A DNA stretch of 53,470 nucleotides from Octopus sinensis (Eukaryota), in NCBI RefSeq assembly GCF_006345805.1, contig NW_021833920.1, positions 1-53,470 on the forward strand, given 5' to 3'. Numbering within the stretch: position 1 is the stretch's first letter; the number at the start of each line of letters is the position of its first letter. A model generated the notes under the pieces. The model had not been told where the DNA came from. It did not search any database and worked only from the letters and a program-made list of their open reading frames with translations. The position numbers were made by a program, and so were the translations under genes. This document shows, in pieces, positions 13,156 through 25,700 of the stretch.

Positions 13156-13573
13156 ATAAACCTTTACATAAGAAAATAATAACATATATATATACATACA
13201 CACACACATATATACACATACACACATATATACACATACACACACACATATATATACATGCACACACACACATATATATACATACACACACACACATATA
13301 TATACATACACAAACACACACAAACACACATATATATACTTACACACACACACATATATATATACATGCACACACACATAAATATATACATACACACACA
13401 TAAAAATATACATACACACACATACATATATACATACACACACACATAGATATATATACATACACACACACATATATATATACATACACACATATATATA
13501 TATACATATATATATACATACAAACATATATACATACATATATATATATATATATAGATATATAATATATATA

Positions 13574-13613
<40 letters not shown>

Positions 13614-15498
13614 TATAATAAACCTTTACATAAATAAATAACGTGAAATACACGAAGGGTCGAACAAATAGACATACGGGTCATTCAAAGCCTTCATTCT
13701 TCAGTCAGAAACTGATCCCTCATCGCAGATTTCGGCCGTTCAATTCTGAGATCCGCTCCGAATCAGCCAGACACAGAAGGAAAGAATGCAACGCAACAGG
13801 GACGAACATGAAACACACACACACATATATATACATACACACACATATATATACATACACACATACATATATATATATATATGTATATAATAAACCTTTA
13901 GATAAATAAATAATTACATATTTATATATATATACATACACACACACATATATATACATACACGCATACATATATATATATATATGTATATAATAAGCTT
14001 TAGATAAATAAATAACATATATATATATACACACACACCACATATATATATATATTATATAATAAACTTTTAGATAAATAAATAACATACATATATAATT
14101 ATATATATACATACACACACACATATATATACATACACCCACACATATATACATGCACACACACACATATATATACATACAGACAAACACATATATATAC
14201 ATAAACACACACACACAAACACACATATATATACTTACACACACACACACATATATATATACATACACACACAAACACACATATATATATATATACCACA
14301 CACATATATATATACATACACACACATACACATATACATACACACACATACATATATACATACACACACACACATATATATACATATACATACACACACA
14401 CATATATATATACATACACACATATATATATACATATATATATATACATACATACATACATATATACATACATACATATATATATATAATATATATATAT
14501 AATAATCCTTTATATAAATAAATAACGTGAAATTCACGAAGGGACGAACAAAAAGACAAACGGGTCATTCAAAGCCTTAATTCTTCAGTCAGAATCTGAT
14601 CCCTCATCGCAGATTTCGGCCGTTCAATTCTGAGATCCGCTCCGAATCAGCCAGCCACAGAAGGAAATAATGCAACGCCACAGAGACGAACATGAAACGA
14701 AAAATCTTTTTTGGAGACAGTAACGGTTAAAAACATGGATGACACAGGCGCCCTATGGCTTTGACACAAAACGAGAGACACAAAAACAATATCAGCAAGC
14801 GTGGAAAAATAATTACCTCTTCGGTGATAAGACACACGTTGAACAAGTGGCCGATGGAAAGAGAATGGCAAGTCGCAAGAGGGTAAGAGAGAGGAGGGGC
14901 TAAGAGAGAGAGGGGACCAAGGAGGGTAGTAGGCGAGGACGGAAGCAGTGACCGAGAGAGAGAGAGGGAGAGAAGGAATCAGAGAAGAAGCAGTGATCAA
15001 GAGAGAGAGGGAGAGAAGGAATCAGAAAGGCTGGGAGAAAAAGGCGCCAAAACAATTTGGCAACGAAGCAAAGGCGAAGGAAAGAAAATAATTTAAAGAC
15101 ATCGTGCAGGGGTTTTGATATGATAAACATAAAGAAGTTATTATGCACGTACGCTGCGAAATATATAATAAACCTTTATATAAATAAATAACGTGAAATT
15201 CACGAAGGGACGAACGAAAAGACAAACGGGTCATTCAAAGGCTTCATTCTTCAGTCAGACACTGATCCCTCATCGCAGATTTCGGCTGTTTAATTCTGAG
15301 ATCCGCTCCGAATCAGCCAGCCACAGAAGGAAAGAATGCAACGCAACAGGGACGAACATGAAACACACACACACATATATATACACACACACACATATAT
15401 ATATACATAAACACATACATATATATATATATGAATATAATAAGCTTTAGATAAATAAATAATAACATAAATATATATATATACATACACACACACAC

Positions 15499-15553
<55 letters not shown>

Positions 15554-17410
15554 AACCTTTACATAAATAAATAACGTGAAATACACGAAGGGACGAATAA
15601 AAAGACAAACGGGTCATTCAAATCCTTCATTTTTCATTCAGAAACTGATCCCTCATCGCAGATTTCGGCCGTTCAATTCTGAGATCCGCTCCGAATCAGC
15701 CAGCCACGGAAGGAAAGAATGCAACGCAACAGAGACGAACATGAAACGAAAAATCTTTTTTGGAGACAGTAACGGTTAAAAACATGGATGCCACAGGCGC
15801 CCTATGGCTTTAACACAAAAAGAGAGACACAAAAACAATATCAGCAAGCGTGGAAAAATAATTACCTTTTCGGTGATAAGACACATGTTGAACAAGTGGC
15901 CGGTGGAAAGAGAATGGCTGAGGCAGCAATTCGCAAGAGGGTAAGAGAGAGGTGGGGCTAAGAGAGAGAGGGGACCAAGGAGGGTAGAAGGCGAGGATAG
16001 AAGCAGTGACCGAGAGAGAGAGAGAGGGAGAGAAGGAATCAGAGAAGAAGCAGTGATCAAGAGAGAGAGGGAGAGAAGGAATCAGAGAGGCTGGGAGAAA
16101 AATGCGCCAAAACAATTTGGCAACGAAGCAATGGCGAAGGAAAGAAAATAGTTAAAAACATCGTGCAGGGGTTTTGATATGATAAACATAAAGAAGTTAT
16201 TATGCACGTACGCTGCGAAATATATAATAAACCTTTACATAAATAAATAACGTGAAATACACGAAGGGACGAACGAAAAGACAAACGGGTTATTCAAAGC
16301 CTTCATTCTTCAGTCAGACACTGATCCCTCATCGCAGATTTCGGCTGTTTAATTCTGAGATCCGCTCCGAATCAGCCAGCCACAGAAGGAAAGAATGCAA
16401 CGCAACAGAGACGAACATGAAACACACACACACATATATATACATACACACACACACATATATATACATACACACACACACATATATATACATACACACG
16501 TATATATATATATGTATATAATAAACCTTTATATAAATAAATAATAACATATATATATATATATATACATACACACACACATATATATACATACACACAT
16601 GCATATATATATATGTATATAATAAACCTTTAGATAAATAAATAATAACATATATATATACATACACACCCACATATATATATATGTATATAATAAACGT
16701 TCACATAAATAAATAATAACATATATATATATATATACATACACACACACATATATATACTTGCACACACACACACATATATATACATACACACACACAC
16801 ATATATATACATACACACATATATATATATATATATGTATATAATAAACCTTTAGATAAATAAATAATAACATATATATATATATATACACATACACACA
16901 CATATATACATACACACATACATATATATATATATGTATATAATAAGCTTTAGATAAATAAATAATAACATATATATATATATATATAATATATATATAC
17001 ATACACACACATATATATATATATGTATATTATAAACCTTTAGATAAATAAATAATAACATATATATATATATGTATACATACACACACACATATATACA
17101 CATACACACACATATATACACATACACACACACATATATATAGATGCACACACACACATATATTTACATACAGACACACACATATATATACATACACACA
17201 CACACAAACACACACATATATATATATATATGTATATAATAAACCATGGCATAAAGAAATAATAACATATACATATATATATACATACACACACACATAT
17301 ATATACATGCACACACACACATATATATATATATATGTATATAATAAACCTTTAGATAAATAAATAATAACATATATATATATATACATACACAAACACA
17401 TATATACACA
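4273..17410 (+). repeat. Composite macrosatellite: ~675-bp unit (7 full + 7 truncated ~160-190-bp copies) interleaved with TA/CA microsatellite spacers
   Basis: The anchor AAGGG(A/T)CGAA lies at 4273, 4947, 6747, 9952, 11954, 14539, 15588 (full copies; 666-677 bp to the next anchor) and at 5624, 7423, 10628, 12629, 13655, 15205, 16264 (copies truncated at GAACATGAAAC then ACACAC). Each full unit has an internal ~45-bp GA-rich duplication (GAAGCAGTGA...GGAGAGAAGGAATCAGA). Confidence 0.95.
7618..9677 (-). mobile_element. 5'-truncated CR1-group non-LTR retrotransposon (ORF2 RT domain to 3' end), frameshifted as given
   Basis: Motifs across the minus-strand ORF pieces: [101 protein letters not shown] (after frame correction), YADD (8606-8617), HFDYCSQLWSP, LYSLERRRERY. 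Stop at 7711, short 3'UTR, (ATCA)6 tail at 7618-7641. Confidence 0.93.
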
Positions 17411-18250
17411 TGTACATCAGAACAAGGTAAATACCTAGTTAGTCTGTAGCTTGTGCAGAATCCGGTGCTCCCGTATGTATATCAGAACAAGGTAAATACC
17501 TAGTAAGTCTGTAGCTTGTGCAGAATCCGGTGCTCTCGTAGGTACATCAGAACAGGGTAAATACCTAGTAAGTCTGTAGCTTGTGCAGAATCCGGTGCTC
17601 CCGTAGGTACATCAGAACAAGGTAAAAACCTAGTCAGTCTGTAGCTTGTGCAGAAGCCGGTGCTCCCGTAGGTACACCAGAACAATGTAAATACCTAGTA
17701 AGTCTGTAGCTTGTGCAGAATCCGGTGCTCCCGTAGGTACATCAGAACAAGGTAAATACCTAGTAAGTCTGTAGCTTGTGCAGAATCTGGTGTTCCTGTA
17801 GGTACATCAGAACAAGGTAAATACCTAGTAAGTCTGTAGCTTGTGCAGAAGCCGGTGCTCCCGTAGGTACACCAGAACAAGGTAAATACCTAGTAAGTCT
17901 GTAGCTTGTGCAGAGTCCGGTGCTCCCGGAGGTACATCAGAACAATGTAAATACCTAGTCAGTCTGTAGCTTGTGCAGACTCCGGTTTTCCCGTAGGTAC
18001 ATCAGAACAAGGTAAATACCTAGTAAGTCTGTAGCTTGTGCAGAATCCGGTGCTCCCGTAGGTACATCAGAACAAGATAAATACCTAGTCAGTCTGTAGC
18101 TTGTGCAGAGTCCGGTGCTCCCGTAGTTACATCAGGAAAAGGTAAATACCTAGTAAGTCTGTAGCTTATGCAGAATCCGGTGCTCCCATATGTACATCAG
18201 AACAAGGTAAATACCTAGTAAGTCTGTAGCTCGTGCAGAGTCCGGTGCTC
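17410..18250 (+). repeat. 65-bp satellite array A (~13 units)
   Basis: Unit GTACATCAGAACAAGGTAAATACCTAGTAAGTCTGTAGCTTGTGCAGAATCCGGTGCTCCCGTAG (65 nt). Strand marks relative orientation only. Confidence 0.97.
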
Positions 18251-18904
18251 ATAATATTTTGTTTTGTGTAGGGAGACCACAGTGGACAGCAGTACTCAAG
18301 GTGGGGTCGGGCAAAAGTGGAGAAGAGAAGGATAATAGCGTGGGAATCTCTCGACTGGAAGGTTCTGAGAATCCAGGAACACATTCTGCGGGCCATGTCA
18401 ACTTTGCTGCTTATATGTGTAGCCCAGCTTATGTTGTTGTCCACTGTTACTCCCAAGTCTCTGATGTTGTTGGATGCCATGAGAATTTCTCCAGAAGGAA
18501 GAGAGTATGGGAGTTTTAGAGCGTCCTCCCTTCCAAAGTGGATCAGTTCGAATTTGTCTTCATTTAGCAACATGTTATTCTTTTCCGCCCATTGGACAAC
18601 AGCCAGTAGGTCTGACTGAAGGTTTATTCGGTCATCCACGCCATTGATGACCTTCTGGAGCTTGGAATCATCAGCGAAGGTTCTGATGTTACTGTGTTTG
18701 ATGGTGTCAGTAATATCATTTATGTAGATGATGAAGAGAAGTGGGCCCAACACAGTGCCTTGTGGGACACCACTGCTGACTTTGGCTGGGCTGGATTTGA
18801 CTCCTTCGACTACAACATGTTGGGTTCTGTTAGACAGGAAGCACTTGATCCACTGCAGCAGCTTTCCAGTGACACCAATATTGGACAGTGACACCAATAT
18901 TGGA
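18251..18904 (-). mobile_element. CR1-group LINE RT fragment, truncated at both ends
   Basis: Open frame [29 protein letters not shown]...[21 protein letters not shown]...TFADDSKL...RDLGVTVD...RPHLEYCCPLWSPY. It differs in sequence from the 7.6-9.7 kb copy. The 3' end is replaced by 65-bp satellite. Confidence 0.92.
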
Positions 18905-18912
18905 CACCAATA

Positions 18913-18963
<51 letters not shown>

Positions 18964-19055
18964 ATATATATATGTGTATATATATATATATGTGTATATA
19001 TATATGTGTATATATATATATATATATATGTGTGTGTATATATATGTACATATGG
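18905..19055. repeat. (TA)n/(TG)n microsatellite
   Basis: Seen directly. Confidence 0.9.
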
Positions 19056-19709
19056 TTTCTTCTTGTTAGCTTGGACACTGGCTTTTAACAATAGGTTTCC
19101 CTTATCATGAAAAGTAATTTTTAATCGAAAAAATTTCTAAACGATGAACTTTTATCTTACCTTATGTATTATATATTACTTATTTATATGTTTCCTATAT
19201 ATATATTTTTTAATATCTTTTTATATATCTATATATTTATATATTTCTTTGTATTTTTATATATTTATTATTCTAGATGTTGTAATGTTAAAAAAAAAAT
19301 ATTTTTTTAGTCGCTAAATTATTAATCATTAACTTTTAACCGCGATGGACTGTATTCACACATTTTGTTTATATTTTTCTTATATGCTTGTATTGATGGG
19401 TTGTGTTTCATCATCCGTGATTTTATGCATGTATATTCTATATGAAAGAAAAAGCATTATGTGATTAAATGTTCGAGATATGAAATGTTACGTGGATGAC
19501 CTTATATTTGTTTGTTCTGCAACCATAGTTTAATATAGATGTACATATACATTCATACATACAAGTTCCATTCTAGTAGGTTTCAAGAATATAACACCTT
19601 AATATTTCACCTTTTCTCATATTTTATGCCTAAGACATTTATTTTCTATTCTGGTTTTTATATACCTCTTTCTATTAATACTTTATATTTATATCTATAT
19701 ATATAAATA

Positions 19710-20090
19710 TAAGTAGCTTCATTACGAACCACACGGTTGCAGGTTCAGTCCCACTGCGTGGCGCCTTGGGAAAGTGTCTTCTACTATAGCCTCGGGCCGA
19801 CCAAAGTCTTGTGAGTGGATTTGGTAGACGGATACTGAAAGAAGCCGGTCATATATATATATATATTATATATAATATATATATATATATATATATGGTG
19901 TGTGTGTCAGTGTTTGTCCCCTCAATATCGCTTGACAACCAATGCCGGCGTGTTTAACACGCCATAACTTAGCGGTTCGGCAAAAGAGACGGATAGAATA
20001 AGTACTAGGCTTACAAAGTATAAGTCCTGGGGTCGATTTGCTGGACTAAAGGCGTTGCTCCAGCATGACTGAAAGAAGTAAAATAAAAAT
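19710..20090 (+). mobile_element. tRNA-derived SINE (A-box missing), with internal (TA)n and 3' region
   Basis: TAAGTAGCTT...GGTTCAGTCCC (B-box-like, 19742-19752)...CCTTGGGAAAGTGTCTT (CORE-like, 19764-19780)...GTGAGTGGATTT matches 1-128. It continues through (TA)n (19851-19897) into a 3' region ending GCTCCAGCATGACTGAAAGAAGTAAAA. Confidence 0.85.
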
Positions 20091-20194
20091 CTCTAATATA
20101 TTTTAACCGATACGGGAGCAACAGTTTGAGACGAAGACGCATTTTGTCCAAATGCGGAATGGATAAAACAGCCGATAACTGTAAAGCTGTTCTA

Positions 20195-20417
20195 ATGTTG
20201 CCTGTCTTGTTTCTATCGTTGTTCGCAAAACAAGTTCGTGTTCGATGATTTCGTATTTCATGTTTTCGTTGCCTAAAACGCTGCTGCATATGTGTAGGTG
20301 ATATTGTACATACATGCAAACACATATATACATACACAAACATATATACATACACTTACATACACACACATGCATACATGCACACAGACATATACATACA
20401 GACATGTATACAGACAT

Positions 20418-20450
<33 letters not shown>

Positions 20451-20573
20451 TATACACATACACACCATCACCTCTGAACACATCTTTTTATGTTGCCTGT
20501 CATGTTTTACATGTGTTGCTTTCGTTGTTTGCAAAACAATATCGTTTTCGATGTTATCCTATTTCATGTTTTC
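20195..20573 (+). repeat. Pair of diverged ~75-85-bp direct repeats (20195-20267, 20490-20573)
   Basis: Shared ATGTTGCCTGTC, TCGTTGTT(C/T)GCAAAACAA, TTCGATG and TATTTCATGTTTTC, separated by CA/TA microsatellite. Confidence 0.65.
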
Positions 20574-20689
20574 TAAAACCCGGACCAGACCGGACACGGC
20601 ACGACCGCTCACTGTGGTGTCGTAGCCCTGGACAGTGAGCCCGATGGCGCCCAGAGCGTTGCCCATGGCACTCCATGGACCCTAAGTAA

Positions 20690-20787
20690 GACATGTGTAA
20701 AATTTTATTGAAATTGGTTGTGTAGTTCTCAAGTTTTAGGGAATCAGACGGACAGACACACATTCTCAGTTTTGTATGTATGTATGA
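20690..20787 (-). mobile_element. Helitron-like 5' terminal segment (copy 1)
   Basis: Minus strand starts TCATACATACATACAAAACTGAGAATGTGTGTCTGTCCGTCTG, i.e. TC + AT-rich + (TGTC)n, analogous to the start of the element at 3816. No matching hairpin-CTAG end was found. Confidence 0.5.
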
Positions 20788-21223
20788 CCTGATATATTAG
20801 GTCACTCTTGAGTGCTACTGGTAAAATGTAACCCAGTACAACCTGTTGCATGGTCGGGTCGTCGGCGACTAAACCGGTAACCCCACCAAGCTTGCTTGAT
20901 GAGGAGGGTTTTTATTGGACACCCTACGGGATGAAAAATAAAATCCCTCAAACGGCGGAGGAACACTTGAGAGTCAACGGCCATCCAATAAATGTGTAAT
21001 TTTTTTTGCTTAAGGCTGTATCATACGCGGCGACATAGAAATAATCGGACTGAATACTCGATCGCGCGGTTAAACCATTGGGAGTTAAGGACTCCTAGCC
21101 TTTGTTAGGGTGTCCTTCTAGAAGATAACTCAGGTAACTGGGATAACTCCGACATAAAACCTGCGGCTCAGTGGTTACCGATGATGTTGACTTGTTCTTC
21201 TTTTCGGATTATGGCTGCTGTTG
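20709..21223 (+). repeat. Direct repeat copy 1 (~515 bp) of the pair flanking the satellite block
   Basis: Colinear with 36003-36509, roughly 93% identical by manual count, with one 9-bp indel. Confidence 0.95.
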
Positions 21224-21224
21224 A

Positions 21225-22796
21225 CTAGTAAGTCTGTAGCTTGTGCAGAGTCCGGTGCTCCCGTAGGTACATCAGAACAAGGTAAATACCTAGTAAGTCT
21301 GTAGCTTGTGCAGAGACCGGTGCTCCCGTAGGTACATCAGAACAAGGTAAATACCTAGTAAGTCTGTAGCTTGTGCAGAGACCGGTGCTCCCGTAGGTAC
21401 ATCAGAACAAGGTAAATACCTAGTAAGTCTGTAGCTTGTGCAGAATCCGGTGTCCCCGTAGGTACATCAGAACGAGATAAATACCTAGTATGTCTGTAGC
21501 TTGTGCAGAGTCCGGTGCTCCCGTAGGTACATCAGAACAAGGTAAATACCTAGTAAGTCTGTAGCTTGTGCAGAGTCCAGTGCTCCCGTATGTACATCAG
21601 AGCAAGGTAAATACCCAGTCAGTCTGTAGATTGTGCAGAGTCCGCTGCTCCCATAGGTACATCAGAACGAGGTAAATACCTAGTAAGTCTGTAGCTTGTG
21701 CAGAGACCGGTGCTCCCGTAGGTACATCAGAACGAGGTAAATACCTAGTAAGTCTGTAGCTTGTGCAGAATCCGGTGCTCCCGTAGGTACATCAGAACAA
21801 GGTAAATACCTAGTAAGTCTGTAGTTTGTGCAGAGACCGGTGCTCCCGTAGGTACATCAGAACAAGGTAAATACCTAGTAAGTCTGTAGCTTGTGCAGAG
21901 TCCGGTACTCCCGTAGGTACAACAGAACAAGGTAAATACCTTGTAAGTCTGTAGCTTGTGCAGAGTCCGGTGCTCCCGTAGGTACGTCAGAACAAGGTAA
22001 ATAAATAGTAAGTCTGTAGCTTGTGCAGAGTCCGGTGCTCCCATAGGTACATCAGAACGAGGTAAATACCTAGTAAGTCTGTAGCTTGTGCAGAGACCGG
22101 TGCTCCCGTAGGTACATCAGAACGAGGTAAATACCTAGTAAGTCTGTAGCTTGTGCAGAATCCGGTGCTCCCGTAGGTACATCAGAACAAGGTAAATACC
22201 TAGTAAGTCTGTAGTTTGTGCAGAGACCGGTGCTCCCGTAGGTACATCAGAACAAGGTAAATACCTAGTAAGTCTGTAGCTTGTGCAGAGTCCGGTACTC
22301 CCGTAGGTACAACAGAACAAGGTAAATAACTTGTAAGTCTGTAGCTTGTGCAGAGTCCGGTGCTCCCGTAGGTACGTCAGAACAAGGTAAATAAATAGTA
22401 AGTCTGTAGCTTGTGCAGAGTCCGGTGCTCCCGTAGGTACATCAGAACAAGGTAAATAACTAGTAAGTCTGTAGCTTGTGCAGATTCCGGTGCTCCCGTA
22501 GGTACATCAGAGCAAGGTAAATACCTAGTAAGTCTGTAGCTTGTGCAGAGTCCGGTGCTCCCGTAGGTACATCACAGAAAGGTAAATACCTAGTGAGTCT
22601 GTAGCTTGTGCAGAGTCCGGTGCTCCCGTAGGTACATCAGAGAAAGGTAAATACCTAGCAAGTCTGTAGCTTGTGCAGAATCCGGTGCTCCCACGGGCAC
22701 ATCAGAACAAAGTAAATACCTAGTAAGTCTGTAGCTTGTGCAGAATCCGGTGCTCCCGTAGGTACACCAGAACAAGGTAAATACCTAGTAAGTCTG
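21225..22796 (+). repeat. 65-bp satellite array B (~24 units)
   Basis: Same unit and orientation as array A. Confidence 0.97.
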
Positions 22797-25700
22797 AACA
22801 AGTGGACCGCCAAACCAGATCGATAAAATGACCTAGCGGACCACCAAACCAGATCGATAAAATAACTTAGCGGACCAACAAACGAGATCGATAAAATGAT
22901 ATAGCCGACCCCCAAACGGGATCGATAAAATGACTTTGCGGACCGCTAAACGAGATCGACAAAATGACCAAGCGGACCGCCAAACGAGATAAAATCACTT
23001 AGCTGACGACGAAGCGAGAGAGAAAAAATGACCTAGCTGAGGACGAAGCGAGATCGATAAAATGAATTATTGGACAATCAAACGAGATCGATAAAATGAC
23101 CGAGTGGACCGCCAAACCATATCGATAAAATCACCGAGTGAACCGCCGAACGAGATCGATAAAATGACAGCGGACCGCCAAACGAGTTCGACAAAATAAC
23201 TTAGTGGACCGCCAAACGAGATCCACAAAATGACTTAGCGGTTCGCCAAAGTAGTTCGATGAAATGACTTAGCGGATCGCCAAAATAGATCGATAAATTT
23301 AAAAAGCGGTCCGCCAATCAAAATCGATAAAATGACTTAGCGGACCGCCAAACGAGATCGATAAAATAACTTAGCGGACCGCAAAACGGGATCGATAAAA
23401 TGACTTAGCGGAACGCCAAACGAGATCGACAAAATGATTTAGCGGACCGCCAAACGAGATCGATTAAATGACCGAATGGACTGCCAAACGAGATCGATAA
23501 AATGACTTAGTGGACCGCCAAACGAGATCTCGTTTGGTGGTCCACAAATGACCTAGCGGACCGTTAAACGAGATTGACAAAATGACCTGTCAGACCGCCA
23601 AACGAGATCGATAAAATGAATTAGCGGACCACTAAACGAGAAAGATAAAATGACTTAGCGGACCACCAAACGGGATCGATAAAATGACTTAGCCGACCTC
23701 CAAACTAGATCACGTTTGGTGGTCTGCAAATGACTTAGCGGAGCGTTAAACGGGATCGACAAAATGAACTGGCCGACCGCGAAACGAGATCGATAAAATG
23801 ACCTAGCGGACCGCCAAACGAGATCGATAAAATGAGTTAGTGGACCGCCAAGCGAGATCGATAATATGCATTAGCGGACCACCAACCGAGATCGATAAAA
23901 TGATATAGCGGACCGCTAAACGAGATCGACAAAATGACTTACCGGACCACCAAAGGAGAGCGATAAAATGAATTAGCGGACCACCAAACGAGATCGATAA
24001 AATGAATTAGCTGACCAATAACCTAGATCAATAAAATGACTTAGCGGACCGCCAATCGAGGTGGATAATATGGCCTAGCGGACCGCCAAAAGAAATCAAT
24101 AAAATGAATTAGCGGACCACCAAACGAGATCGATAAAATGAATTAGCGGACCAATAAACTAGATCAATAAAATGACTCAGCGGACCGCCAATTGAGGTGG
24201 ATAAAATGGCCTAGCGGACCGCCAACCGAGATCGATGAAATGAATTAGCGGTTCACCAAACGAGATTGATGAAATGACTTAGCGGATAGCCAAACGAGAC
24301 CGATAAAATGAATCAGCAGACTGCCAAACGAGATCGATAAAATGATATAGCGGGCCGCTAAACGAGCTCGACAAAATAACCTAGCGGACCGCCAAAAGAG
24401 ATCGATAAAATGAATTAGCGGAGCACCAAACGAGATCGATAAAATGAATTGGCGGACCAATAAACTAGATAAATAAAATGATTTAGCGGACCGCCAATCG
24501 AGGTGGATAAAATGGCCAAGCGGACCGCCAAACGCGATCGATGAAATGAATTAGTGGTTCACCAAACAAGATCGATGAAATTACTTAGCGGATCGCCAAA
24601 CGAGACCGATAAAATGAATCAGTGGACTGCCAAACGAGATCGATGAAATGACCTAGCGGACCACCAAACGAGATCGATAAAATGACTTAGCGGACCACCA
24701 AACGAGATCGATAAAATGACTTAGCCTACCGCCAAACGAGATCTCGTTTGGTGGTCCGCAAATAACTTTGCGGAGCGTTAAACGAGATCGACAAAATGAT
24801 CTGGAGGACCGCCAAACGAGATCGATAAAATGACCGAGTGGTCCGCCAAACTGGATCGATAAAATGACAGCGGACCGCCAAACGAGGTCGATAAAATGAC
24901 ATTAGTGCACAGCAAACCGAGATCGATAAAATGACTTAGCAGACGATGAAGCAATATCGATAGAATGACTTAGCGGACCGCCAAACGAGATCCATAAAAT
25001 GACTTAGCAGAAAACAAAACAAGATAGATAAAATGACTTAGCAGACCACAAAACCAGATCGATAAAATGACTTAGAGGACCACCAAACGAGATGGATAAA
25101 ATGACTTAGCTGACCGCGAAACGAGATATCGTTTGGTGGTCCGCAAATGACTTAGCGGAGCGTTAAACGAGATCGAAAAAATGCTCTGGCGGACCGCCAA
25201 ACGAGATCGATAAAATGATTTAGCGGACCCCTAAACGAGACAGACAAAATGAGCTAGCGGACCGCCAAAAGAGATCGATAAAATGAATTAGCAGACCACC
25301 AAACGAGTTCGATAAAATGAATTAGCGGACCAATAAACGAGATCGATAAAATGAGCAAGTGGACCGCCAAACGATATCGATAAAATGACTTAGTAGACCA
25401 CCAAACCAGATCGATAAAATGACATAGCAGATTACGAAACGAGATCGATAAAATGACTTAGTGGACCACCAAAGGAGATCGATAAAATGATATAGCGGAC
25501 CGCTAAACGAGATCGACAAAATGAACTAGTGAACCGCCAAGAGAGAACGATAAAATGAACTAGCGGACCACCAAACGAGATCGATAAAATGAACGAGTGG
25601 ACCGCCAAACTAGATCGATAAAATGTCTTAGCGGACTACTAAACAAGATCGACAAAATGACATAGCGGACCACCAAACTAGATCGAGAAAATGACTAAGT

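Noticed and set aside
4494-16521. Recurrent ORFs MTRLSFCSS..., MHNNFFMF..., MKYTKGRTK...
   Set aside because: They come from the 675-bp repeat, overlap in several frames on both strands, change length and frame between copies, and show no recognisable domain.
17410-17540. 65-mer as an ancient dimer (CAGAA-NNN-GGT...TAG twice) or a relative of the 34-mer (AAAT-ACCTAG)
   Set aside because: Only 13/24 ungapped matches with unequal 38/27-nt halves, and only a short shared word with the 34-mer. This is not distinguishable from chance by eye.
18166-18897. 243-aa ORF as a LINE-satellite fusion protein
   Set aside because: It starts at a non-ATG codon within the 5' stutter, and the read-through into satellite lasts only ~27 codons, as expected by chance.
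147-20640. Dozens of Y/I/C/V/M/H/T-rich ORFs (up to 282 aa)
   Set aside because: They are translations of (TA)n/(CA)n/(TG)n microsatellites, which lack stop codons in some frames. There is no protein-like composition.
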